A stretch of DNA of 64,000 nucleotides from Endomicrobiia bacterium (lineage in GTDB: Bacteria > Elusimicrobiota > Endomicrobiia > DTEH01). The translations under genes were made by a program, and so were the position numbers. The stretch spans positions 64,001 to 128,000 of the forward strand of contig JBCNUU010000001.1 of assembly GCA_039630545.1 (NCBI GenBank), written 5' to 3'. The notes beneath the pieces are model-generated. The model saw nothing but the letters and a program-made list of their open reading frames with translations. It ran no database searches and had not been told where the DNA came from. Of the stretch, positions 30,167-39,781 are shown in pieces (position 1 is the stretch's first letter; each line of letters opens with the position of its first letter).

Positions 30167-31303
30167 TTGCTAAAACAAAGGCTTATCTTTGTGATATTTA
30201 TATTTTTGTGTATAAGTTTGCTATTTTCTTATGAGCTTTTTGTTAGAGTAGGAATTAAAGATAATGTTAAAAGTTTTCAAGTTTTTTGTGATGAGAAAAA
30301 TTATGTAATAGTTAGATCTTACAATGATAAAATTTTAAAAAAGATAATAAACCCTTTTTATGTCGTATTAAGCAGAGATGGTAAAAAAGTTAAGATCTTA
30401 AATGAAAGTTATTTTTTGCCTTTAAAACTTTATTCAAAAAGTAACATATCAATTGATGGTAAATTTTATCCAGGAACAATAGAAATTTTTTCAAAAAATA
30501 AAAGTTTAATTCTTGTAAATGTTTTAGACATAGAGAATTATTTATATGGAGTGATTCCTTATGAAGTAGTAAGCAGCTGGCCTGATGAGATGTTGAAAGT
30601 TCAAGCAATAATAGCAAGAACCTATACGATTTCTCACTTAGGAAGACATAAATATGATGGATATGATGTATGTTCAACTTTTCACTGTCAGGTTTATAAT
30701 GGAATTTCTGAAAAAATGCATCAAAGAGTAAAAGAAGCAGTTGATGCAACTCGTGGTCTTGTGATAGTGGATAAAATAAAAAACACCCCTATACAGGCCT
30801 ACTACCATGCAGCCTGTGGAGGAGCTACTGATAATGTGGTTGAAATATGGGGTGATGTGTGTAGTTTTAGATATCTTTGTGGTGTAAAGTGTGATTTTTG
30901 TAAAAATTCACCTTATTATCAATGGGAATATGAAATTAAAATAGAGGAGTTTATAAAAACATTAAATAAAAATGGTTTTTCTTTGAAAAATATAAAAAAA
31001 TTGCAGATACTTTCTTATACAAAAAATGGTAGGGCAAAAGAGATAAAAATTATAACTGAAAATTTACCATTAATAGTCAAAGCAGAAGATTTAAGAAAAA
31101 TGTTTGGTTACACCAGTATAAAAAGTACAAAAATTAATGATATAGAAATAAGGAATAAAAATATAATATTTTCAGGGAAAGGATGGGGACATGGTGTTGG
31201 TTTATGTCAGTGGGGAGCTGCTACTTTAGCTTTCAAAGGAAAAAGTTTTAAAGAGATAATAAGTTATTACTATCCTTTTACTACTGTTAAAAAATATCGT
31301 TAG
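30167..31303 (+). CDS. SpoIID/LytB domain protein
   Basis: ENYLYGVIPYE, KVQAIIARTY, CQVY and GWGHGVGLCQWGA motifs. Confidence 0.92.
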   Translation: MLKQRLIFVIFIFLCISLLFSYELFVRVGIKDNVKSFQVFCDEKNYVIVRSYNDKILKKIINPFYVVLSRDGKKVKILNESYFLPLKLYSKSNISIDGKFYPGTIEIFSKNKSLILVNVLDIENYLYGVIPYEVVSSWPDEMLKVQAIIARTYTISHLGRHKYDGYDVCSTFHCQVYNGISEKMHQRVKEAVDATRGLVIVDKIKNTPIQAYYHAACGGATDNVVEIWGDVCSFRYLCGVKCDFCKNSPYYQWEYEIKIEEFIKTLNKNGFSLKNIKKLQILSYTKNGRAKEIKIITENLPLIVKAEDLRKMFGYTSIKSTKINDIEIRNKNIIFSGKGWGHGVGLCQWGAATLAFKGKSFKEIISYYYPFTTVKKYR

Positions 31304-31311
31304 AAATTTCT

Positions 31312-32361
31312 ATGAATGAAAAGCAATTTGATATTCAGAGTTATGATTTTTATTTACCTAAAGAACTTATAGCTCAAGTTCCATCTGAAAAAAGAAGTAA
31401 TTCCAGACTTTTGGTATACTTTAAAGATAAAGATGTTGTAGAACATTTAAATTTTTCTGATATAATAAATTTATTAGATGAAAACTGGTGTATAATTTTA
31501 AATAATACCAAAGTAGAAAATAGAAAGATAGAATGTAAAAAGATCACTGGAGGTGTAGTTTATATTCTTATTACTTATTATTCTGAAAATTTAATAAAAT
31601 TCATTCCTTATAAGAAAGTAAAAATAAATCAAAAATTGATACTTCCAACAGGCAAATTGGGTACAGTTGTAAGTAAACAACAAGATACTCCAGAGTATGA
31701 AATGCAAGGAAATTTTGGTGTAGATGAAATAAAAGAAATGATTGAAAAATATGGTAGAGCACCTCTACCACCTTATATAAAAAGGAAGCCTCAAGATCCT
31801 TTATGTGAATTAGATAAAGAAAGATACCAGACAGTTTTTGCTAAAAATCCAGCTTCTTTAGCTGCTCCTACAGCTGGTTTTCATTTTGATGAGGAATTGT
31901 TAAAAAAACTACAAGAAAAAAAAATCAAAATATTTTATATAACACTTAACATAGGTTTGTCTACATTTATACCTGTAAAAACATATGACATAAGAAAACA
32001 TAAACTTCAACCTGAAGAGTTAATCATAAATAAAGACACAGCATATGAAATTAACAGATGTATAGAAGAAGGTAAAAATTTATTGTGTGTTGGCACAACA
32101 GTAGTAAGATCAATAGAGTTTATGGCTACAAATTTTGGAAAAATAAAACCGTATAATGGAGCTGTTGATATTTATATTTATCCTGGATATAAGTTTAAAA
32201 TAGTAAAAAGTCTCCTTACTAACTTTCATCTCCCAAAATCAACAAATTTGCTGTTAGTAGCTTCTCTTATAGGAAGAGAAAAACTTTTAGAACTTTACAA
32301 GATTGCTATTGAGCAAAAATATAGGTTTTATTCTTATGGGGATGCTATGTTGATAATATGA
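31312..32361 (+). CDS. queA: S-adenosylmethionine:tRNA ribosyltransferase-isomerase
   Basis: YDFYLPKELIAQ, PLPPYIKR, RYQTVFA, AAPTAG, TNFHLPKST and YRFYSYGDAM. Confidence 0.95.
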   Translation: MNEKQFDIQSYDFYLPKELIAQVPSEKRSNSRLLVYFKDKDVVEHLNFSDIINLLDENWCIILNNTKVENRKIECKKITGGVVYILITYYSENLIKFIPYKKVKINQKLILPTGKLGTVVSKQQDTPEYEMQGNFGVDEIKEMIEKYGRAPLPPYIKRKPQDPLCELDKERYQTVFAKNPASLAAPTAGFHFDEELLKKLQEKKIKIFYITLNIGLSTFIPVKTYDIRKHKLQPEELIINKDTAYEINRCIEEGKNLLCVGTTVVRSIEFMATNFGKIKPYNGAVDIYIYPGYKFKIVKSLLTNFHLPKSTNLLLVASLIGREKLLELYKIAIEQKYRFYSYGDAMLII

Positions 32362-33023
32362 AAATATTTGAACAACTCAAAAATAATCCAGAAGTTTTGG
32401 TATATCTTAAACAAGCAGATGAAAACTTTAAAGCACTAGGCTATACAGAACAGGGTATTTTACACGCAAAGTTTACAGCACAACAGGTTTATAATATTCT
32501 TTCCAAACTTAGTTTTTCTAAACAGGATATAGATATAGGAATGTCTGCAGGTTTCCTTCACGATATCGGTTGTTGTATTTCTTATAAGGGACATACACAG
32601 AATAGCACATTTATAGCAAATAGAATTTTATCTAAAATGAATGTGGATTGCGAAAGTAAAATTAAAATTTTAAGTATAATAGGCTCACATGAAGATACAG
32701 AGCCAGATTTTTTTCCTATTTCTGAAGTGGCTGCTTCTGTTACTATTGCTGATAAAACAGATGTAAGAAGGCAGAGAGTAATAAAGACAGATTTTAAATA
32801 TTTTGATGAGTACGACAGAGTTCATTATGCAGTTATAGACAATAATTTAGAAGTATTTAATTTGGAAAAAATTATTAGATTAAATATTACAATTGATGAA
32901 AATATATGTAGCGTACTTGAATATTTTGAAATATTTCTTTCAAGAATTAATTTCTGCAAAAAGGCGGCAGGAAAGTTAGGAATGAATTTTGAGTTGTATA
33001 TAAATGGTTTAAAATACCTTTAA
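32358..33023 (+). CDS. HD-domain phosphohydrolase
   Basis: FLHDIG, IGSHE, IADKTDVRRQRV and DRVHYAV motifs. Confidence 0.8.
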   Translation: MKIFEQLKNNPEVLVYLKQADENFKALGYTEQGILHAKFTAQQVYNILSKLSFSKQDIDIGMSAGFLHDIGCCISYKGHTQNSTFIANRILSKMNVDCESKIKILSIIGSHEDTEPDFFPISEVAASVTIADKTDVRRQRVIKTDFKYFDEYDRVHYAVIDNNLEVFNLEKIIRLNITIDENICSVLEYFEIFLSRINFCKKAAGKLGMNFELYINGLKYL

Positions 33024-33028
33024 ACCAT

Positions 33029-34171
33029 ATGCAGATTTTTAAAGTTTTTCATAAAGACCCTCATTCACAAGCACGTACAGGTGTTCTAAGTTTTAAAGAC
33101 TTTCAAATTACTACACCAATTTTTCTTCCGGTGGGGACTTTAGGTGTAGTAAAAACTTTAAGTTATCAAGATCTCAAAGAAATAAAAGTAGAAGCTTTTA
33201 TTGCTAACACATATCATTTATATTTTAGACCCGGTGAGGAAATTCTTAAGAAATTTGGAGGATTAAAAAATTTTATAAACTGGGATAAGATAATATTTAC
33301 GGATTCAGGTGGTTTTCAGGTATATAGTCTAAGAGAACTTAAAAAAATTTCCGAAGAAGGTGTGGAATTTAAGTCACATATTGATGGATCGTTGCATTTT
33401 TTTACTCCGGAAAAGGTGATAGAATTGCAGTCGGTTATAGGATCGGATGTAGCTGTGTGTTTGGATGAATGTGTTGAGTATCCAGTAGAATATAACTACG
33501 CAAAAAGGGCAGTTGAAATTACTACTTTGTGGGCTAAGAGAAGTAAAAAAAGGTTTGAAGAACTAAAGAAAAGTAATTTAAATGTTACTCATCAAAAACT
33601 TTTTGGTGTGATACAAGGTTCAGTTTATAAAGATTTAAGAAAACAAAGTATTGAAGAAATTTTAAATTTGTCTTTTGATGGATACGCAATAGGTGGGTTA
33701 GCTGTAGGAGAGCCTAGAAGTTTAATGTGGGAAGTTGTTGAATTTATCAGTGAAAATTTGCCTGAAGATTTGGTTAGATATATAATGGGAATAGGTGAAA
33801 TTGAGGATATTTTTTTCTGTATAGAAAAGGGATATGACATAATGGATTGTGTTTTACCTACAAGAAATGGAAGAAATGGTCAAGCATTGACTTCTTTCGG
33901 AAAACTTAATATAAAAAACTCCAAATACTCCAAAGATGAAAATCCGTTGGATTTAGAGTGTAATTGTTTTGTTTGCAAAAATTATAGTAGAGCTTTACTT
34001 CATCACTATTATAAATCACAGGAACTGTTGGTGTTGAGGTTAATGTCTTATCATAATGTATATTTTATGATAAACTTATTTAAAAAAATTCAAGAAAAAA
34101 TAAATACTGACAGATTTTTAGAGTTTAAAAAAGAGTTCTTAAAAAAATTTTCTAACTCTGAAAATGAATAG
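33029..34171 (+). CDS. tgt: tRNA-guanine(34) transglycosylase
   Basis: TPIFLPVGT, NTYHL, TDSGGFQ, GGLAVGE, DCVLPTRNGRNG and the CxCxxC zinc site. Confidence 0.95.
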   Translation: MQIFKVFHKDPHSQARTGVLSFKDFQITTPIFLPVGTLGVVKTLSYQDLKEIKVEAFIANTYHLYFRPGEEILKKFGGLKNFINWDKIIFTDSGGFQVYSLRELKKISEEGVEFKSHIDGSLHFFTPEKVIELQSVIGSDVAVCLDECVEYPVEYNYAKRAVEITTLWAKRSKKRFEELKKSNLNVTHQKLFGVIQGSVYKDLRKQSIEEILNLSFDGYAIGGLAVGEPRSLMWEVVEFISENLPEDLVRYIMGIGEIEDIFFCIEKGYDIMDCVLPTRNGRNGQALTSFGKLNIKNSKYSKDENPLDLECNCFVCKNYSRALLHHYYKSQELLVLRLMSYHNVYFMINLFKKIQEKINTDRFLEFKKEFLKKFSNSENE

Positions 34172-35309
34172 TTTTAAACTGTCAATTTTATTAGCGTTTT
34201 TACTTTTTTTTAATAAATATTCAAATTGTGAAATTACCAAAGAAAAATGTGAAGAATGGATTATTAGCACTTTGAATACTGCAGATGATGCGAGTGTTAA
34301 AATTTATATTTTAGATAGTATTCACTACATTCCATCTAATAGATTCTTACCGGAGATCAAAAAACTTTCTTTATTAAGTAGTAAAACAAACCAGAATATA
34401 TACCTTAAATCCCTGTATGTTCTTTACAAGGTATATAAAAGTACCCCTTCTTTAGAAAAAATAGTTGACTTTTTGCTTCAAAAACCACAGAGATCTCTTA
34501 AAGACAATCCTGTAATAAAGGCAAAAATATATATTAAGAATCAACTCAGAGCAGAAGCAGCAAAAATGCTTGGAGAACTTGGAGATGAAAGACATTTGGA
34601 GGTTTTGTCTAAAATAATAAAAGAAGATGATGAAGGAATGGTTTCCGATGCTTGTTATTTTGCTTTAGCTATGTTATCAAAAAGAGGGAAAATTAAAAAA
34701 TTAGATGAATTAAAAGAATTTTTTTATTCAGGGCTTAAAGATACAGATCCAAAAGTAAGATTAAAAGCTGTCAAATACTTAGGAGAACTTTCTTACCCAG
34801 ATGCTTTAGGACCCTTGAGTCTTCGTTTAAAAGACGTCAATAAAGAAGTAGTTACAGAAACAATTTTAAGTTTAGGTAAAATAGGAGACCCATCTATATT
34901 TCAAGAACTGCTGCAGTTTAAAACTCACCAAGATGTAGCCTTAAGAGTTGCTTTGGCAGAAGCTTTAGGTAATATTGGAAGAAGTATTTTAAATTCTGGT
35001 AATTTTTCTACATTAGAAAAAATAAAAAGTGTAATTAGTAGTTTGATGAATGATACTCATGGGATGGTAAAAGTTACATCTGCGGTAGCATTGTTAAAAA
35101 TTTCTGATAAAAGTGGCCTTGAAGTTATAAAAAAAGGACTTAACAGCACAGATACAGATGTGGTGTTGTATTGTTTAGAAAACTTGGGTAACTATGGAAG
35201 TTTAGAAGACATAAAACTTCTTGAAAATTTTACTCAACATCAAGAACTTATATTTAGAGCTTATTCATATGTGAATATTTTAAAAATTTATTATAGAGAA
35301 GGAAAGTAA
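34164..35309 (+). CDS. HEAT-repeat protein with putative signal peptide
   Basis: Repeated VRxxAxxxLG helices. Confidence 0.75.
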   Translation: MNSFKLSILLAFLLFFNKYSNCEITKEKCEEWIISTLNTADDASVKIYILDSIHYIPSNRFLPEIKKLSLLSSKTNQNIYLKSLYVLYKVYKSTPSLEKIVDFLLQKPQRSLKDNPVIKAKIYIKNQLRAEAAKMLGELGDERHLEVLSKIIKEDDEGMVSDACYFALAMLSKRGKIKKLDELKEFFYSGLKDTDPKVRLKAVKYLGELSYPDALGPLSLRLKDVNKEVVTETILSLGKIGDPSIFQELLQFKTHQDVALRVALAEALGNIGRSILNSGNFSTLEKIKSVISSLMNDTHGMVKVTSAVALLKISDKSGLEVIKKGLNSTDTDVVLYCLENLGNYGSLEDIKLLENFTQHQELIFRAYSYVNILKIYYREGK

Positions 35310-35313
35310 TTAT

Positions 35314-36309
35314 ATGAAAATAAATAAACAAAAGCTAATAGCAGTTATTAAAAAATTTCATGGTAAAAAAATCTTAGTAGTAGGAGATATAATGCTGGAT
35401 AAATATATATGGGGTGAAGTAGAAAGAATTTCTCCAGAAGCACCAGTTCCTGTTGTAGATGTAAAAAAGGAAACACAGAATTTAGGAGCAAGTGGCAATG
35501 TGGCTGATAATATAGTTTCAGCTGGAGCACAGGCATATTTAGTCACTGTTGTTGGTAATGATTCCTATGCTGAAGAGTTAAAAAGCATGCTTCTTAAAAA
35601 GGGAATAAACATAGATGGCGTATTTTCTGACAGTTCAAGACCGACTACTGTAAAAACAAGAATTATAGCTCAAAATCAACAAGTTGTAAGAGTTGATAAA
35701 GAAAGCAGAATTCAGATAACCCCAGTTCTTTTTGAAAAAATTAAAAAATATATAGAGAGTATAAAAACAGATCTTGATGGTATTCTTATTTCTGATTATG
35801 GTAAAGGAGTAATAACGCATTCTCTGTTATCTTTTTTAATAAACCTGGCTAAAAAGCTTGATATTCCAATCTGTGTAGACCCAAAAATTGAACATTTTAT
35901 GGAATATAAAAAAGTTACAGTTTTAACTCCAAATTTAAATGAAGCTACCCAAGGTATGAAATTAACCAAAAAACCTCAAAAAGAGCAAGAAATACATGAA
36001 TTAGGAAAAAAAATCTTAAAAAAACTAAATCCAGATGCATTGGTTATAACGAGAGGTCCTGATGGAATGACACTTTTTGAAAAACAAAAAATTTATCATA
36101 TTCCTACAAGAGCAAAAGAAGTTTATGATGTAACAGGAGCAGGGGATACTGTGATATCAATATTAACTTTATGTTTAGCAGCTGGTTCAGATTTTGTGTC
36201 TGGGTGTGAGATTTCTAATTTCGCTGCAGGAATAGTTGTAGGAAAAGTTGGAACGGCTGCTGTATCTTTAAAAGAATTAGAAGAAAGCATTTTAAAATAT
36301 GAACCTTAA
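35314..36309 (+). CDS. rfaE1: D-glycero-beta-D-manno-heptose-7-phosphate kinase
   Basis: GDIMLDKY, RISPEAPVPV, SDYGKG and DVTGAGDTV motifs. Confidence 0.92.
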   Translation: MKINKQKLIAVIKKFHGKKILVVGDIMLDKYIWGEVERISPEAPVPVVDVKKETQNLGASGNVADNIVSAGAQAYLVTVVGNDSYAEELKSMLLKKGINIDGVFSDSSRPTTVKTRIIAQNQQVVRVDKESRIQITPVLFEKIKKYIESIKTDLDGILISDYGKGVITHSLLSFLINLAKKLDIPICVDPKIEHFMEYKKVTVLTPNLNEATQGMKLTKKPQKEQEIHELGKKILKKLNPDALVITRGPDGMTLFEKQKIYHIPTRAKEVYDVTGAGDTVISILTLCLAAGSDFVSGCEISNFAAGIVVGKVGTAAVSLKELEESILKYEP

Positions 36310-37072
36310 GGAATCAAAAGTTAGATATTTTTTTGACCTTATTTCAGAGCTCACAAAAAAAGAGATAAAAGTAAGATATAAAAATAGCTTTTTAGGTTAT
36401 TTATGGTCTGTGTTAAGTCCGTTATTTACAGCTTTAGTTTTTTTTGTGGCTTTTAAAGTTGTGATTAAACTAAAAATTGAAAACTATGTGTTATTTTTAA
36501 TTTCAGGACTTTTTTGCTGGCAGTGGTATACTAACTCTATTTTTGCTTCCTCAACGCTTTTTTTGAATAATTCTTCATTGATAAAAAAGGTAAACTTTCC
36601 AAGAGAAACACTTGTGTATTCAATGGTTTTAAGCGATATGTTTCATTTTTTGCTGTCAATACCTGTAATTCTTTTGTTTGTTTTTATATATCGTCAAAAA
36701 TTTCCATATTTTATTTTTTTATTACCTTTTGTGGTTTTTTTTCAGTTTGTTTTTATTTCAGGAATAAGTTTAATAATAAGTTCAATAAATTTATTTTTTA
36801 GAGATTTAGAAAGATTAGTAATAGTTTTCACTAATTTACTTTTTTATATTACTCCCATAATTTATTCTGAAAATATGGTTCCAGAAAAATATAAAATTTT
36901 TTTATATATCAACCCTATGGCGTATTTTGTGATTTTATACAGAAACATATTTTTATTTAATAAAATAAACTTAGATTTACTATTAGTAGCAGCTGCTTAC
37001 AGTCTGGTTGCATATTTTGTAGGATATAAAATTTATAGCTTTCTTAGATGGAAGTTCGCAGAGGTAGTATGA
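36299..37072 (+). CDS. wzm: Polysaccharide ABC exporter permease
   Basis: KVRYKNSFLGYLWSVLSP, LIKKVNFP, FFRDL and YITPIIY motifs. Confidence 0.9.
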   Translation: MNLKESKVRYFFDLISELTKKEIKVRYKNSFLGYLWSVLSPLFTALVFFVAFKVVIKLKIENYVLFLISGLFCWQWYTNSIFASSTLFLNNSSLIKKVNFPRETLVYSMVLSDMFHFLLSIPVILLFVFIYRQKFPYFIFLLPFVVFFQFVFISGISLIISSINLFFRDLERLVIVFTNLLFYITPIIYSENMVPEKYKIFLYINPMAYFVILYRNIFLFNKINLDLLLVAAAYSLVAYFVGYKIYSFLRWKFAEVV

Positions 37073-37809
37073 AAGAAACTGTTGTTATTTTTAAAGATGT
37101 TACAAAGTATTATCCACTTTATCATAGCTTTATAGGGATTAAAAATTTTTTGTTTAATTTACCTTTAGCTATCAAGGAGTTAAAAAGAAATAAATTATGT
37201 GCTTTAAGAAATATTAGTTTTGAAATTTATAAAGGAGAAACGGTTGGGATTATTGGCCATAATGGAGCAGGGAAAAGTACAATTTTAGGACTTATTGCTG
37301 GAGTTTTAAAACCAACAAATGGTGAAATTATAGTAAAAAGTAAAGTTGTAGGACTTTTAGAACTTTCCGCTGGTTTTCATCCAGATTTGACAGGTTATGA
37401 GAATATAATTTTAAATGGTATACTTTTAGGAATGACAAAAAAAGAGATTTTGTCTAAAGTTGATGAAATTGTGGGTTTTTCTGAGTTAGATGAGTTTGTT
37501 TTTCAACCTATCAGGACCTACTCAACTGGCATGCTTGCAAGATTAGGTTTTTCTGTCGCAATAAATGCTCCTGCGGATATTCTGCTGATAGATGAGGTTT
37601 TAGCTGTAGGAGATATTAACTTTCAAAAAAAATGTTATAAAAAAATTGAAGAGATTAAAAGTCAAAATAAAACTATAATTTTTGTTAGCCATGATCTTGA
37701 AAATGTTTTAAGATTATGTAATAGAGTAATTCTTTTGCATCATGGAGAAGTTATAAAAGATGGAGATACTTACGAAGTTATTGATTATTATAAAAAAGTT
37801 TTTTCTTAA
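37069..37809 (+). CDS. wzt: Polysaccharide ABC exporter ATPase, no C-terminal carbohydrate-binding domain
   Basis: GHNGAGKST, YSTGMLARLGF and DEVLAVGD; ATG 37069 follows GAGG and overlaps the wzm stop. Confidence 0.9.
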   Translation: MKETVVIFKDVTKYYPLYHSFIGIKNFLFNLPLAIKELKRNKLCALRNISFEIYKGETVGIIGHNGAGKSTILGLIAGVLKPTNGEIIVKSKVVGLLELSAGFHPDLTGYENIILNGILLGMTKKEILSKVDEIVGFSELDEFVFQPIRTYSTGMLARLGFSVAINAPADILLIDEVLAVGDINFQKKCYKKIEEIKSQNKTIIFVSHDLENVLRLCNRVILLHHGEVIKDGDTYEVIDYYKKVFS

Positions 37810-38568
37810 ATTATTTTAAAAAACAAAACATATAAGGATCAATGTTTAAAATTGCAGGAAAGTTTCTTACTTAAAAGTTTAAAACAGACTGCTGAAGAGA
37901 TATCTGACTTTGAATATGAGAAATGGAAAAAGAAATATTAGGATGAACTTTTTTATTTTTTATTTGAACAGATATTTAGAGGTAAAACTCAAGAAATTAA
38001 AAATTGGCAAAGAATCTACACAGAATATGTAAAGCAAGCATATGCTGAAAATAAATTTCTACCCTGGCTGGATGTAGGTTGTGGAAGAGGTGAGTTTCTT
38101 GAGGTTTTAAATGAAGAACAAATTAGTTATATAGGTGTTGATAACAATGTTGTGAATGTGGAGATTTGTTTAAAAAAGAATTAAAGGTTGTTAAGGATGA
38201 TGCTATAAGATATTTAGAAAAAATTGGAAATAATTCCTTATGTGGAATTTCTGTTTTCCAGTTAAATAGAACATCTAAGCAGAAATGAACTACAAAGACT
38301 TTTAAAATTATGTTATGATAAAATTTCCTATAAAGGTAAAATTATTATTGAAACTGTAAACATAAGAAATGAAATAGTTTTAAAGAATTACTTCCTGGAT
38401 CCGACACATGGGCTTCTTTTGATGCCGGAGTTTTTAGTTATGTATTTAGAGTTTATTGGTTTTAAAGATATTTTTGTATTATATATGATACATTCCTACA
38501 ACTGCTTGCAAGATAAAAATGATATTTCAATTTATCCTGATGATTATGCAGTTGTTGGAACAAAATAA
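37810..38568 (+). pseudogene. Class I SAM-dependent methyltransferase pseudogene (O-antigen chain-terminating type)
   Basis: Manual translation gives FEQIFRG...WQRIY, WLDVGCGRGEFL, DAIRYL, FQLIEHL, IETVN, FLDPTH and DYAVVGTK*. Disrupted by TAG 37939-37941, a -1 frameshift near 38181 and a +1 frameshift near 38265. The 5' boundary is uncertain. Confidence 0.85.
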
Positions 38569-38588
38569 AAATAAGAAAAATATAAAAA

Positions 38589-39776
38589 GTGAACAATCTA
38601 CCACATGTTTCATATAACTCACTTAAAGGAAATATTAAATCTTCATTTATAGTTTTGTTCTTGTATAGTTTTTTTATTTTTTTAAGATTAAATAATTTTG
38701 AATATAAACCATCTTATTTTATTAATGCTGGTGAAATTTTCTGTGATACTAAAAGAATACCAAAAAATCTTGTTGTCGTTAAAAAAAGTGGTTATGATGG
38801 ACAGTTTTACTATAGGTTTAGTTTAAATCCATTTACTTCAAAACTTACAGAATTTGGTATAACACTAGATGCTCCTCCTTATAGACATCAGCGTATAGTT
38901 TATCCATTTTTAGTGTGGCTGTTGTCTTTTGGTGGTAATTTTGAGTTAGTTCCTGCAGTAATGATAATAGTAAATCTTTTTTTTATTTTTGGTTTTTCGT
39001 TTATGGTAGCAGAATATTTAAAATTTCTTGGTTACAGCTGGATAGAGGTTGTTTTATTTTCTTTACAACCAGGATTTATTTTGTCTCTATCAAGAAACCT
39101 AACAGAAATAGTTGGAAGTTTTTTTCTCGTTTCATTTTTTGTCTTTTTTAAAAAAAATAAATTTTTTTTGGCAAAAGTTTTTTTAATACTGGGTTTATTA
39201 AGTAAAGAGACATTGTTAGTTGTTCCTGTAGTTGGTATTTTAATAAGTATTTACTTTTATTTTAGAAAAAAAATAAATAAGAATTATTTTTTGGCTGTAG
39301 TTAGAGTGTTTATTATAAGCAGTATTGTTTGGTTTTTATGGCAGATAATTTTATTTTTTAACTGGGGTAAATTTTCTTTTTATTATGGCAGAGATAATTT
39401 CGGTATGCCATTTAGTGGAATATATACATATCTGACTAATTTGTCTATATTTAAAGATACATATTTTTTGGGTTTTGCTTTGATATTAGTATTTGTATTT
39501 TTTGTTTCTTTAGGAGTAATTTTTTCTTTCAGATTTGTTAAAAAAAACTTTGTGGATAGTTTAATAAAGTTTGTTTGGGTCGGTTATCTGTTAGAATTAA
39601 TATTTGCATCCCATAAACTGTGGGACAATGTTAATCCTTTAAGGGTATTTTTGGAATTTTTTATATTAAGTTTTATGATTTTATATATTACAAGAAATAA
39701 ATTTAGAATTTCGTTTAATATAATTTATATTTTTATGTGGTTAGGAATTTTTTATATAAGAATTAAAATGTTATAA
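38589..39776 (+). CDS. Multi-TM membrane protein, probable GT-C-type glycosyltransferase
   Basis: GYDGQFYYR, YRHQRIVYP and SKET motifs; many TM segments; polysaccharide-locus context. Confidence 0.55.
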   Translation: MNNLPHVSYNSLKGNIKSSFIVLFLYSFFIFLRLNNFEYKPSYFINAGEIFCDTKRIPKNLVVVKKSGYDGQFYYRFSLNPFTSKLTEFGITLDAPPYRHQRIVYPFLVWLLSFGGNFELVPAVMIIVNLFFIFGFSFMVAEYLKFLGYSWIEVVLFSLQPGFILSLSRNLTEIVGSFFLVSFFVFFKKNKFFLAKVFLILGLLSKETLLVVPVVGILISIYFYFRKKINKNYFLAVVRVFIISSIVWFLWQIILFFNWGKFSFYYGRDNFGMPFSGIYTYLTNLSIFKDTYFLGFALILVFVFFVSLGVIFSFRFVKKNFVDSLIKFVWVGYLLELIFASHKLWDNVNPLRVFLEFFILSFMILYITRNKFRISFNIIYIFMWLGIFYIRIKML

Positions 39777-39781
39777 TTGTC

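Noticed and set aside
37939..37941. In-frame TAG as possible recoding (pyrrolysine or alternative genetic code)
   Set aside because: The same gene also has two frameshifts, and TAG serves as a normal stop for other genes in the window.
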